Part shown: positions 27,352 to 36,521 of the stretch, piece by piece
Position numbering within the stretch: the first letter of the stretch is position 1
Layout of the letters: the number at the start of each line of letters is the position of its first letter
Virus record (IMG/VR): IMGVR_UViG_3300005680_000030
Span: 1,452 to 65,451 of that record
Direction: 5' to 3' (one strand)
DNA length: 64,000 nt
DNA from: a virus
Lineage: Duplodnaviria > Caudoviricetes
Program-made: the position numbers and the translations under genes
Notes under the pieces: model-generated
Seen by the model: only the letters and a program-made list of their open reading frames with translations
Database searches by the model: none
What the model was told of the DNA's origin: nothing

Positions 27352-28125
27352 TCACGCGGCCATCAGCCGGCGAACGGTGCCCCATGCCTGCGGCGCGGGC
27401 GGCGCGACGCTGCGCGCGACCGGCGCGGCGGCTGGCGCCGGCGCCGGCGAGTAGCGCCGCAGGCTGTCGTTGTAGGTGGCGACGTGGCTCGGGCGGTTCT
27501 TGCCGAACGCCTGCCAGGTCGGGGTCAGCGAATCCATCATGTCGTCGGTCAGCCCGCGGGCGCGGAGGTCCGCATCGAGGTCGCGGCCGGTGGTTGAGCG
27601 ATACCGCTTCTGCGCCAAGCTGTAGGCGCGCCGGTCCTGCATCTCGCGCGTGAACGCGCCGCCGCCCTCGTCGTCCCATGTCGAGGCGGTGAACTGGTAT
27701 CGCCCGGCCGCGCTCGACGGGCCGTGCGGACCTGGCTCGAAGATCCTGGGGTGTTCGTCGCCGTCGAAGGTGACGGGGCCTCGCGGCGAGTACCGGACGT
27801 TGTAGGCCCCGTTGCTCTCGCCGCCGGCAATGGAGTTCAGGAACGCGCGCTGGTGCGGCTCCATGTCCTCGGCGACCGGGTCGCCGGTGATGTAGGGGCG
27901 GCCGCTCCCGCCGGCGACGCTGCGACCGCGGCGGCGGCCGCCGTCCTCGGGAAAGAACGGCGGGGTCGAGGGGCTGTCGATCTCCTGACGTCGGAGGTCC
28001 ATCTCCTCGCGCCGCATGGCGCGGTCCTCCTCGCGGTCGGCCTTGTCCTGCTTGCGCTGGCGCATGTCGAGGCCGAACTGCATGCCTCTCCCGACGCCGC
28101 CGAGGAAGCCAGCGAACCCGCTCAT
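27352..28125 (-). CDS. Ejection protein with lambda-R-like muramidase/transglycosylase domain
   Basis: RAFLNSIAGGES...SSAAGRYQFTASTW; N-terminal GFLGGVGRG amphipathic segment. Confidence 0.85.
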   Translation of the reverse strand: MSGFAGFLGGVGRGMQFGLDMRQRKQDKADREEDRAMRREEMDLRRQEIDSPSTPPFFPEDGGRRRGRSVAGGSGRPYITGDPVAEDMEPHQRAFLNSIAGGESNGAYNVRYSPRGPVTFDGDEHPRIFEPGPHGPSSAAGRYQFTASTWDDEGGGAFTREMQDRRAYSLAQKRYRSTTGRDLDADLRARGLTDDMMDSLTPTWQAFGKNRPSHVATYNDSLRRYSPAPAPAAAPVARSVAPPAPQAWGTVRRLMAA

Positions 28126-28430
28126 GCCTCGATCCTCATCATCCAAGTTCCGCTTCGGTACGTGCCGGCCTCCAAGGGCGCGGCCCAGCCGGCACGCTTC
28201 GCTTCCTTCACGCTCGCGTATCGCCCCAGGCGCACGAACGCATGTGCGATCAGCGCGGTCTCATGGAAATCCGAGCGACGGAACACGCGGATCGGAAGCA
28301 TGGCCTTCTCGCACACGTCTTCCCACCATCCGGCGGCGACGCCGCGGTGAAGGCCGGCGAGGTTGTTGCGCTTGATCCGCGCGAGAAAATCCTCGTCCGA
28401 CTCCTTTGCCCCGCTGAACGCGATGCTCAT
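28122..28430 (-). CDS. Hypothetical protein
   Basis: 102-aa ORF coupled at both ends by overlapping start/stop codons. Confidence 0.65.
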   Translation of the reverse strand: MSIAFSGAKESDEDFLARIKRNNLAGLHRGVAAGWWEDVCEKAMLPIRVFRRSDFHETALIAHAFVRLGRYASVKEAKRAGWAAPLEAGTYRSGTWMMRIEA

Positions 28431-28699
28431 TCGAGAAGATCCCGCAGAACGCCGGTCTTCGTGGCGGCCGACATGGCGAGCATCATCTCATTCTGAACGA
28501 TCATCATTTCGGCCAGGAGCGGCTGACGCCACGACCGATCGTCGATCGCCCAGCCGTGGCCCGTGGCTCCGTCGGTGCCGGCCGACGCATATATGACCGA
28601 CCGCAGATCACCCGCGCGGGCACGACCGAGCAGGCGCTCGAGCATCTCGATCAGCGCCGGGTTCGGGCTGCGGTCGGTGATGTCGACAACGTTGGTCAT
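28427..28699 (-). CDS. Hypothetical protein
   Basis: 90-aa coupled ORF (LIEMLERLLGRARAGDLRSV). Confidence 0.7.
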   Translation of the reverse strand: MTNVVDITDRSPNPALIEMLERLLGRARAGDLRSVIYASAGTDGATGHGWAIDDRSWRQPLLAEMMIVQNEMMLAMSAATKTGVLRDLLE

Positions 28700-29673
28700 G
28701 CCGCCTTCCTCATCGGCGCGACGCTGCGGGCCCTCCGCTCGAGGCGGTGCACCTTCGCGTCGAGCTCCTGCACCGCGGCCATCGTGACGCCGTGCAGGTC
28801 GATCGGGTTCAGGCTCTTGCCGTCGCCGAGCCCGGTGTTGCGCTGGAAGTCCTCGGCGTAGGGGCCGATATGGCGGCCGCCGTCCCCGGCGCCGGGCTTG
28901 TAATCCCAGCCCTCCACCGGCGTCTCACGCACGGCCTTGAGCGCCCCCCTCACCGATCGGCGGTTGGTCTTGAGCTTCTTCGAGCTCGGGAAGGGCAGGC
29001 CGCCGAACATCGCCATGCCGCCGATGGTGCCGAGCGCGCCGAAGAGATCGCTCCGGCCGCTCTGCCCGGCCTGCCATGCCTGCATGCGCTGCTGGTCCTG
29101 CTGTCCGAGCAGGTTGCCCATGCCCTGATAGCCCGACATGGCGGCCTGCGCGCCGGAAGAGAGCGCGTTGTTCGAGAGCCCCATCGAGGTTCCGGGGTTC
29201 ACGGCCATGCCCTTGCCGAGGTTGATCGCGTCGCCCATCAGCGACATGCCCTCCCGCCGGCGCTGATCGCGCGCGAGGTTCCCGGCGCCGACGGCGGCGA
29301 GCCTGCTGTCGATGGAGAGCGCGCGCCGCACGCCGGCGAAGCGGCCGGAGTTCGGGTTGACGCCCATGGCGGCGAGCTGGCGGTCGGACGCCTCGTTGGC
29401 GCGCTGGGTCTCGCTGCGGACGTCGGCGCGGGCCGCGGTCGCCGCGCGGTTCATCGCGGCGCCGCTTGCCCATTTCTTCGCGTCGGCGATGAAGGTGCGC
29501 TCGAGCGGGCGGAACTCGGTCTGGTATCGCCGACGGTCCTCCGTCGCCCAGCGGTTCGTGATCCCCGCCTGGTCCTGCATCCAGCCGAGGTAATCCTCGC
29601 CCGTAGCGGCCATCTTGAGGGCCGCCTCGCCGATCTTCGGGTCCGGCTTCGGGGCCTTGCCGCCACCACCCAT
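28696..29673 (-). CDS. Pilot/ejection protein with C-terminal peptidase S74 autocleaving chaperone domain
   Basis: MGGGGKAPKPDP start; PSSKKLK (Ser...Lys dyad spacing)...WDYK...HIGPYAEDF...DLHGVTMAAVQEL. Confidence 0.82.
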   Translation of the reverse strand: MGGGGKAPKPDPKIGEAALKMAATGEDYLGWMQDQAGITNRWATEDRRRYQTEFRPLERTFIADAKKWASGAAMNRAATAARADVRSETQRANEASDRQLAAMGVNPNSGRFAGVRRALSIDSRLAAVGAGNLARDQRRREGMSLMGDAINLGKGMAVNPGTSMGLSNNALSSGAQAAMSGYQGMGNLLGQQDQQRMQAWQAGQSGRSDLFGALGTIGGMAMFGGLPFPSSKKLKTNRRSVRGALKAVRETPVEGWDYKPGAGDGGRHIGPYAEDFQRNTGLGDGKSLNPIDLHGVTMAAVQELDAKVHRLERRARSVAPMRKAA

Positions 29674-29674
29674 T

Positions 29675-30109
29675 TCAGCCTCCCGCGATCCAGCGGCACT
29701 CGCGCGCCAGCATGCCGAAAATGAGAACGTCCTCGCCGTCCAGCGCCTCGCGCTCCCGCCCCTCGATCACGAACCCGAGGCGGAGGTTGAGCATCATCGC
29801 CCGGCGGTTGCTCGCGGCGACGCGGCCGGTCACCCGCCGGAGCCCGTAGTGGACGAAGGGGACGTAGAACATGCTCGCGAGCGTCGCACGGGTCGCCCAG
29901 GCAATGCTGCCGCGATCGGCCGCGATGTGAATCCAGGCGCCCTGATCGTGGAAGTGGTTCAGCACACCGACCGCGAGGATCGCATTCTCGTGGTCGAGCA
30001 CGCCGAGCGCCTCGCTGTCCGCCGGCCAGTCGGCGACGCCAGTGCGCTCGCCCGCCCAGCGGAGGAGCGTCGCTTGCTCGTCGATCGTGATGATCGTCTG
30101 TCCCGTCAT
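29675..30109 (-). CDS. GNAT-family acetyltransferase (virion operon)
   Basis: LRRVTGRVAASNRRAMMLNLRLGFVIEG GNAT motif. Confidence 0.85.
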   Translation of the reverse strand: MTGQTIITIDEQATLLRWAGERTGVADWPADSEALGVLDHENAILAVGVLNHFHDQGAWIHIAADRGSIAWATRATLASMFYVPFVHYGLRRVTGRVAASNRRAMMLNLRLGFVIEGREREALDGEDVLIFGMLARECRWIAGG

Positions 30110-30118
30110 GCCGCTGAG

Positions 30119-30137
30119 ACTATCCGAAATCGCAAGT
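30119..30137. promoter_or_regulatory. Operator-like site ACTATCC-GAAAT-CGCAAGT
   Basis: Intergenic, 9 bp upstream of the GNAT ATG; best match to the recurring 19-mer. Confidence 0.7.
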
Positions 30138-30140
30138 CTG

Positions 30141-30665
30141 TTACACCTCGTTGTAGCCGTCGATCGGCACGTGCAGGCCGATCGCGATGGCGCGGACGCG
30201 GGTGATCCGTGCCGTCTCGGCAAGCGCCGCGGACCCCGGGATCATGAGCTTGGCGAGGTTCCCGCTCGCGAGGTTCTGCGTCGTCAGCCATTCCCCCAGC
30301 GCGCCACGGTCAGGGATGTCGGTATAGTCGGCAATCGCGTTGGGGAGCGTGGCAAGCACCATCGGCCGCGATGCAAACGGCTCGGGATAGCGCCATCCGA
30401 CCTGCAGGCGCGGGAGTCCGCTCGTGGCCGAGACGAGCACCAGGTTGGCGACGTAGCAGATCTGCAGGATGCTGAGGCGGATCAGGAGGCCGTGCTCGGT
30501 CACTTCGACGCTTAGGCCCGACGCGTCGGACACCGCCGCAACCTGGGGGATCATCCTCGCGAGATCGCCGCGCCGAACGGCGGCGTCGGCCTGCTTGCCG
30601 CGGTTTCCGAGGAGCACGTCCAGCTGCTCGAAGAGTTGCGATTCTCGAAAGTCGCGCCTCGTCAT
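30141..30665 (-). CDS. Tail hub-associated protein
   Basis: MTRRDFRESQLFEQLDVLLGNRG...AAVRRGDL; follows the nozzle gene with ATGA coupling. Confidence 0.65.
   Translation of the reverse strand: MTRRDFRESQLFEQLDVLLGNRGKQADAAVRRGDLARMIPQVAAVSDASGLSVEVTEHGLLIRLSILQICYVANLVLVSATSGLPRLQVGWRYPEPFASRPMVLATLPNAIADYTDIPDRGALGEWLTTQNLASGNLAKLMIPGSAALAETARITRVRAIAIGLHVPIDGYNEV
30634..30652. promoter_or_regulatory. Operator-like site AGTTGCG-ATTCT-CGAAAGT
   Basis: Within the first codons of the 30665 gene. Confidence 0.45.
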
Positions 30666-32809
30666 CTGGCGGCCCCGACGGCCTTCATGATCTCGTCCGG
30701 ACTGTGGGCGAGGTAGACGGCCGTGATGCGCATGCTCGTCTTGATCTCGATCTCCCACTTTCGGTAGAGCCGGCCGCCGGGGATCCAGACGATGCGGTTC
30801 GCCTCGCTTGCGATCGCGATCGTCTTGCCGTCGGCGATCACCTTGACCGCCAGCTGGCCGCGGGACTCGTTGTAGTCGGCATCGACGAGCATGCAGGCGT
30901 AGGCGGTCGCCTGGTTGAAGATGAACTGCTTCGACCTCCACTCGAGCACGCCGACGTCCGGGCCCGACACCGGATCAACCTCGCGCACCTGCCGCATGTT
31001 GTCCTTGTGGATGTAGTAGAGCCTGCCGGTCTCGGCGATGTTGTGGAACGCCTGCGGCGTGGCGCGCAGGCCGACGATGTTCGGCGGCTCGATGGAGAGG
31101 TCGAACGTGGTGCAGACCGTGCCGCCGGCGCCGTCGCTGTGGGCGGCGACGTACCGGTCCTGGTGGTGGCTCCCGACGAAGGTGGACGGCCGCATCTCGA
31201 ACCATGCGCGGCGCGAGACGATGTCCTTGGTGACGAGCTTCGGGCCGGCCTCGCTGATCGCGACGAGGCCGAACGTGCTCGCGTAGACCGCGAAGTAGCC
31301 CATGTCGACGATGGACCGCGCCGAGACGCAGGGGAAGTTGCCTTCGATCTTGGTCAGGCGCATCTGATCAGGGTGCATGCCCTGCGCCAGGTAGGGCTGC
31401 GCGGTGGTCAGGACCGCGAGGGACGTGCCGAACGCCGCGAGGCCGACGATGTCGTGCTCGACGCGCTGCGCGTAGCCGGCCGGCCATGCGTGGGGTTGCC
31501 ACGGCTCGCAGAACCAGACGTCGCGGCCTTCGAAGGCGGCCATCATGCCGTTGGGCATGGAGACCGCGCCGCGGAGCCCTGCGCGAGGCGCGTCGAAGGT
31601 CAGCGACCGGATCGCCTCCTGGATCGGCAGGAGATCGACAGCGTCGTCGAAGTTGGAGGTCGAGAACGCGCGCTCGGCGATGAGGTAGAGGTCGGTCTGC
31701 CCGGACGCGCCGGTCTCGGATCGGTAGATGCGCATCCGGTTGATGCCGCGGCCGGACGGGGCCGCAGCGAACCCGCTGAGGCGGACCGACTGCCCCGGCG
31801 ACCATCCGACGATGCTCGACAGCGGCGATGGCGCGCTTTCCTCGTCGAGCGAGGTGACGAAGGTGTAGGCGTAGACGAAATCGACCCTCTGCGTGGAGTC
31901 GAGGATGCCGTTCGTCAGGCCCTCGACGGTGAGGATCACCTCGATGATGCCCTGCCCGGCCTCGATGGTGTTGACCGCGGCGGCGCTGAACACCTGCACG
32001 TCGCCCGCGCCCGCGGCATAGGTGGGGTTCAGGCCGGAGAGCGCGAGGGTCGGCGGGTCGTTCTGGTCGGCGATGTTCTCGGCGTCCTGCACGTCGGGCG
32101 TGCCGAAGTCAAAGGTCTGCTCCGTCCCGCCGACGCGGATGGTCGAGCCGATGCTCTCGAGGCGTCGCGTGTCCGACCCGACACGCGAGCGGAAGGCGTC
32201 GAGGGTCTGGCCCCCGTTGTCCTTGGTCGAGGTGATGCGCAGGATCTTGAGGGATGGGATCAGGGCTGTGTTGTGGTTCCGGTAGGTGATGCCGTTCAGC
32301 ATCGCCGCGGTCGCGGCCGGCGTCGCGCCGGTGCTGTGGGTGATCGTGACCGTCGCTATGCCGGCGCGCACCGCGACCGCATAGCTCCAGGTCGACCCTC
32401 CGCGCTGCTCGCCGTTCTTGAGCGTGATGAAGGTGCCGTTGATGCGCAGGCTCTCGAGGTTGGTGCGCCGCACTACCTCGGGCTTTGACGTCGGGCGCGG
32501 CACTGCGAGCGGATAGGTCGTGGCGCCCGCCATCACCTTGGGGGCGCCGTCGCCGAACACGTAGAGCCGATTGGTGGCGACCGGGCCGGGGATCGCCGAG
32601 ACGAGGGCGTTCCAGCCGAGCCATGCGCCGTTGTGGCGCACGAAGGACTGCGTGTCGCTTGGGAACGTGTGATCGAGCGCGGTCCGCCGCACGGGCATCA
32701 GAACGCCGCTCTCGATGCGGCAGTTGTTGGCGTGCTGGGCGTGCTCGGGCGGCAGGAGGCGCGGATGCACCTGCGGGACCATGCCGCGGAAGCTGGTGAG
32801 CGCGATCAT
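30662..32809 (-). CDS. Tail tubular B / nozzle (stabilisation) protein with an adhesin-repeat insertion
   Basis: MIALTSFRGMVPQVHPRLLP...YAYTFVTSLDEESAPSP...WFCEPWQPHAWP; position after the adaptor genes. Confidence 0.8.
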   Translation of the reverse strand: MIALTSFRGMVPQVHPRLLPPEHAQHANNCRIESGVLMPVRRTALDHTFPSDTQSFVRHNGAWLGWNALVSAIPGPVATNRLYVFGDGAPKVMAGATTYPLAVPRPTSKPEVVRRTNLESLRINGTFITLKNGEQRGGSTWSYAVAVRAGIATVTITHSTGATPAATAAMLNGITYRNHNTALIPSLKILRITSTKDNGGQTLDAFRSRVGSDTRRLESIGSTIRVGGTEQTFDFGTPDVQDAENIADQNDPPTLALSGLNPTYAAGAGDVQVFSAAAVNTIEAGQGIIEVILTVEGLTNGILDSTQRVDFVYAYTFVTSLDEESAPSPLSSIVGWSPGQSVRLSGFAAAPSGRGINRMRIYRSETGASGQTDLYLIAERAFSTSNFDDAVDLLPIQEAIRSLTFDAPRAGLRGAVSMPNGMMAAFEGRDVWFCEPWQPHAWPAGYAQRVEHDIVGLAAFGTSLAVLTTAQPYLAQGMHPDQMRLTKIEGNFPCVSARSIVDMGYFAVYASTFGLVAISEAGPKLVTKDIVSRRAWFEMRPSTFVGSHHQDRYVAAHSDGAGGTVCTTFDLSIEPPNIVGLRATPQAFHNIAETGRLYYIHKDNMRQVREVDPVSGPDVGVLEWRSKQFIFNQATAYACMLVDADYNESRGQLAVKVIADGKTIAIASEANRIVWIPGGRLYRKWEIEIKTSMRITAVYLAHSPDEIMKAVGAAR

Positions 32810-32823
32810 GTTTCGCGTCCCCC

Positions 32824-33441
32824 CTACAGGAACCGCGGCCGGACGCGCTTGGGCGGTCGGTGCATGCCGTTGTGGTGCGCGTTGGCGTTCCGGCGGCACT
32901 CCCTCTCGAACTTCGCCTCGTTCTTCTCGGCCTCGACGAAGTTGGTCCAGCTCTGGCCTGGGATCGACAGGAGGCGCGCCAGCGCGCCGACGGCGATCTG
33001 ACGCGGGTACTGGAGGATGAAGACGCCCGGGGTCTCGTCCTCGAAGCGGTCGCCGGATAGCGCGGGCTTGAGGATGACGTCGAGCACGAGCGTCCCGGCC
33101 TGGTTGGGAACGACGCTGACGACGGTGGTGTCGATCTGGGTGATCCAGCACGCGCCGCCCTCGGCGCGCAGCTCGTCCGGGCTGAACTCGCCGAAGTAGC
33201 GCGGCTTCAATTCTCGGTCGTCGATCCAGGCCGTTTCGATCCGGTGGATCGCGGAGAACTGCGGGTCGTAGAGCTCGTGGCTGGGACCGGCGTCGATGAC
33301 GCTGGTGAGTCGGTCGCGCCAGCAGGACGTGCGCTCGCAGAACTCGATGGCGGCCATGCGGAGCGCATTCCGCATGGCCGGCTTGGGCGCCGCCGGAGCG
33401 TACGGCGCGATCAGCGGGAGGAGATCGTCGATCCGAGGCAC
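32824..33441 (-). CDS. Tail tubular A / adaptor protein
   Basis: LLPLIAPYAP...ALRMAAIEFCERTSCWR; position in the head-tail cluster. Confidence 0.7.
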   Translation of the reverse strand: MPRIDDLLPLIAPYAPAAPKPAMRNALRMAAIEFCERTSCWRDRLTSVIDAGPSHELYDPQFSAIHRIETAWIDDRELKPRYFGEFSPDELRAEGGACWITQIDTTVVSVVPNQAGTLVLDVILKPALSGDRFEDETPGVFILQYPRQIAVGALARLLSIPGQSWTNFVEAEKNEAKFERECRRNANAHHNGMHRPPKRVRPRFL

Positions 33442-33456
33442 GGCCTACGGGCCTCC

Positions 33457-34191
33457 CTACCGGACGGAGCGGTCGGGCGCGGTCGGGACCGTGTTCGAGT
33501 TCTGCGCGTTCGGGTTGTTGGCCCCCTGCTGCTGGCGCAAGCCGATGGCCCCGGCGAAGGCGTTGTAGTAGCGCACCGCGCGCTCCGCGTCGCCGGTGAA
33601 CGAGGCGTCCTTGGAGTAGGCCCGGTACAGGACATAGTCGAGCAGCGCGTTCTGGTAGGCCCGGTCTACCGGGACATGCTTGCCCGAGTAGCTGGCGACG
33701 CTGTTCGGCGTGTCGGTCTGATCCACGACGGCCGGGATGCGCGAGATCACCACCTCGAGATGGCCGGCGCCGGAGTTCGGCGGGAAGACGTAGAAGCTCC
33801 GCGGGTCGGCCTCGTCGTAGACGACGTGATCCACCACCTTCTTGGGCGGATGGCGGTCGGGGTTGTGCCAGTCCGGCGTCTGCGTATCGAGCACCTCGCG
33901 GGGGATGATCGTGACCGCGTCGCGCCCGATCCGCTCCGCCGGGGGACGCCGCCCGCCGACCAGGTTCCGAATGACGCGCAGGAGCCCCGTCGCATGGTCC
34001 GGCAGCTTCTGCAGGGTGCCGGGAACGAGCTGGAGGGGGATGTTCTCGACGCTCGCCTCCGGCCTCTGGGTCGCGATCTCCCGGCCCCCGGCGTTGATCC
34101 AGATCAGCAGCTCGGGGACGGGCCAGCGGCGGCTGTCCGTGTCCTGGAGCAGGATCCGCGCGTCGCGCATCAGCTGGTTGACGGGGATCAT
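33457..34191 (-). CDS. Head-tail adaptor (DUF6682-like)
   Basis: ARILLQDTDSRRWPVPELLIWIN...YQNALLDYVLYRAYSKD. Confidence 0.78.
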   Translation of the reverse strand: MIPVNQLMRDARILLQDTDSRRWPVPELLIWINAGGREIATQRPEASVENIPLQLVPGTLQKLPDHATGLLRVIRNLVGGRRPPAERIGRDAVTIIPREVLDTQTPDWHNPDRHPPKKVVDHVVYDEADPRSFYVFPPNSGAGHLEVVISRIPAVVDQTDTPNSVASYSGKHVPVDRAYQNALLDYVLYRAYSKDASFTGDAERAVRYYNAFAGAIGLRQQQGANNPNAQNSNTVPTAPDRSVR

Positions 34192-34196
34192 GGCGA

Positions 34197-34742
34197 TCAG
34201 GCCCCTTTCTGGTGCTCGGCGATGCGCCGGTTCAGCTCATCGACCTTCCAGCCGCCGAACGGCTTCTTCTTGACGATCTCCTCGTAGCGGGCGCGGGCGG
34301 CCTTGAGGTCGTCGGCCGCACCCTCGTCGGGGAGGTCTGCGACCGCCGCCACGCCATCGGCGGCCATCTCCTCGGAGACCTCGGCCGCCTCGCGCGCGAT
34401 CTCGGCCGTCTGCCGTTCGGCCTCCTCGCGGGTCTTCGCCTCGGCCTCCTCCGCCTCGCGCGCCGCCTTGGCCGCGGCCTCCGCCTTCGCGGCAACCTCG
34501 GCTTCCGCGCGCGCCTTGGCCGCGGCCGCCTCGCGGGCGTCGCGCTCGGCGTCGTCCTCGATCACGACGAAGTGCTGGTTCTCGGCGAGGAGTTCCGCAT
34601 GGCGGGGATCGGTCACGTCGGCGACGTGCGGGCCGCCTGCCGGGCCGGTGAAATGCAGGGTCACGAACTTCCCGTCGCGGTCGTAGTCGGGGACGTCGAT
34701 CCGCGAGCCACCCGGGCGGAGCACAAGGCATTCGATCTTCAT
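34197..34742 (-). CDS. Virion-associated protein with Ala/Glu helical linker
   Basis: MKIECLVLRPGGSRID...; C-terminal YEEIVKKKPFGGWKVDEL motif. Confidence 0.7.
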   Translation of the reverse strand: MKIECLVLRPGGSRIDVPDYDRDGKFVTLHFTGPAGGPHVADVTDPRHAELLAENQHFVVIEDDAERDAREAAAAKARAEAEVAAKAEAAAKAAREAEEAEAKTREEAERQTAEIAREAAEVSEEMAADGVAAVADLPDEGAADDLKAARARYEEIVKKKPFGGWKVDELNRRIAEHQKGA

Positions 34743-34835
34743 GTCACGGTTCCTGTTCTCGGAAGGATAGCGGCCCGCCCCGGAGTTCAGGGCGGGCCGC
34801 ATGTCGTGTCGCCTTCTCGCGGCCGCGGCCCCGCG

Positions 34836-35291
34836 TCAGTTTCCGGCGTAGAAGGACAGGCCCAGGATCAGCTTCTTCGCGGCGCCCGCCGAGACGTCGT
34901 GCGTCATCAGGACGCCGATCGACCGGTCGTAGGGGGTCGGGGCGAAGTCGTCGCCGAAGATGTCCGGGTTCGAGCCCCGCACGAAGGTTCCGACCGCCGC
35001 CACCCCGTCGAAGAACTCGTCTCCGACGGTGCGCCCAGCGTCGACCACGCCCACCTTGCCCGACATGATGCCGATGTCGACGGCGTTCGAGGCGGTGAGG
35101 CCGACCGGCTGGAGCCAGACGTCGGCAGGCCGAGCGAAGGCCGGGAGAATGCCGAGCTCGATCTTGTCGGTGGCGGTCGCGAAGGCCGTCGCGAAGCTGT
35201 AGACGAACCGGACGAAGTAGAGCCCGTTCGCGTTGTTGGTCGTGGGCATCGGCTTGAGGCCCTTGACCCAATCGGACTGGAAATACGCCAT
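34836..35291 (-). CDS. Capsid decoration/cement protein
   Basis: 151-aa beta-rich ORF immediately after the capsid gene. Confidence 0.6.
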   Translation of the reverse strand: MAYFQSDWVKGLKPMPTTNNANGLYFVRFVYSFATAFATATDKIELGILPAFARPADVWLQPVGLTASNAVDIGIMSGKVGVVDAGRTVGDEFFDGVAAVGTFVRGSNPDIFGDDFAPTPYDRSIGVLMTHDVSAGAAKKLILGLSFYAGN

Positions 35292-35303
35292 GATCGGGGC
35301 TCC

Positions 35304-36410
35304 TTACTTCACGGGCGCGGCGGCGGTGTCGATCGCGAGCACCCCGAAGTCGCGGCCGTTGAACCGCGTCTTCTTGAAGCCCATGATCGTGCCGCAGGAG
35401 ATGTTGACCTGGTTGCCGAAGTCGGCCTTCTCCTCCTCCCAGTTCCAGGAGAGGCCGCCGGGCGTGCCGTAGGCGACGGTGCCGGCCTGCCGGCCGAGCA
35501 GCAGCGCGCGGGCCGCGGGAACGTTGGAGCCGGCGCCGTAGTTGTTGAACCGGATGACGTCCTTGTGCTTGTGCAGCACGATGTCGTCGATCATGCCGAG
35601 CGAGCCGCGGAAGATGCGGTTCTTCGACCCTTCGGCGGCGGCGGCCGCCTTCTGGATGTCGAGCCAGTCGCCGGCGTTGGTCCCGGTCCGCAGGTTGTGG
35701 GCCTGCAGGGGGCTCATCAGGACGACGTAGTGCTCCTCGCCCTCGATCGTGATGGGCTGGATCGACACGTTGTCGGGGTTGAGCTCCTGGATCATCGAGG
35801 CGTGGGTGCCGGCGCGCTCGATGACGGCGCGGGTCATCACGTCGCCGGCGGTGATGCCGCTCGCCGCGGTGATCGAGATCGCGGGGTAGATGATGTGGTC
35901 GGTGTCGGGCGCGTGGAGCGCGTTCCCGGCGCGTCCGGCCCAGGTCAGAGGCAGGATGAACGAACCGACGGCGTTGTGACCGCGCGCGCCGGACAGGTAG
36001 ACGAACTTCACCTGGTCGGTGAACCGCGCCCAATAGTCGCTCTCGCGGTCGCGAACGAGCATCCGGACGTTGTGCAGGGTGCGCTTGCGCGTCATCCGGC
36101 CGCCGGTGTCGGCCGAGTGGCGGACCTGGTCGATCTTGATCTCGTCCTGGTAGAACCGGAGGCTCTCCTCGAGACCCTCGCGCCGGGCGTCGCCCTCGGT
36201 GGGCTCGCCGCGGAACATCATGGCGAGGTCGAACTTGATCTCGTCGCCGGCGTCGCTCTCGAGCTCGGTGAGGCGCTGGATCACGGCGTTGTCGCCGACC
36301 GCCTCGAACTTCTTCGAGAAGTAGGCCTTGCCGCCCACCTGCTTGGCCAGCGACGCGCCCCACCGCTTTACGGCCTGCGGGTCGCCGACGCCCACCATAA
36401 ATTCCGACAT
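35304..36410 (-). CDS. Major capsid protein, N4-gp56/DUF4043 family
   Basis: GDPQAVKRW...ELESDAGDEIKFDL...EGLEESLRFYQDEIKIDQVRH...KKTRFNGRDFGVLAIDTAA. Confidence 0.92.
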   Translation of the reverse strand: MSEFMVGVGDPQAVKRWGASLAKQVGGKAYFSKKFEAVGDNAVIQRLTELESDAGDEIKFDLAMMFRGEPTEGDARREGLEESLRFYQDEIKIDQVRHSADTGGRMTRKRTLHNVRMLVRDRESDYWARFTDQVKFVYLSGARGHNAVGSFILPLTWAGRAGNALHAPDTDHIIYPAISITAASGITAGDVMTRAVIERAGTHASMIQELNPDNVSIQPITIEGEEHYVVLMSPLQAHNLRTGTNAGDWLDIQKAAAAAEGSKNRIFRGSLGMIDDIVLHKHKDVIRFNNYGAGSNVPAARALLLGRQAGTVAYGTPGGLSWNWEEEKADFGNQVNISCGTIMGFKKTRFNGRDFGVLAIDTAAAPVK

Positions 36411-36463
36411 GACGTGCTCCTACGAGGGTTGCTCGTGGCACGTCCTGGCCAGATTTCGAGGGG

Positions 36464-36494
36464 ACTATACGCGAGACTTGCGATTTCGGAAAGA
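36464..36494 (-). promoter_or_regulatory. Capsid promoter TTTCCG-N17-TATAGT overlapped by operator ACTTGCG-ATTTC-GGAAAGA (36476-36494)
   Basis: -35 at 36492..36487, -10 at 36469..36464; a weaker site lies at 36508-36526. Confidence 0.7.
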
Positions 36495-36521
36495 TCTTAT
36501 CTTTCTGGCTATCTCGTTCGG

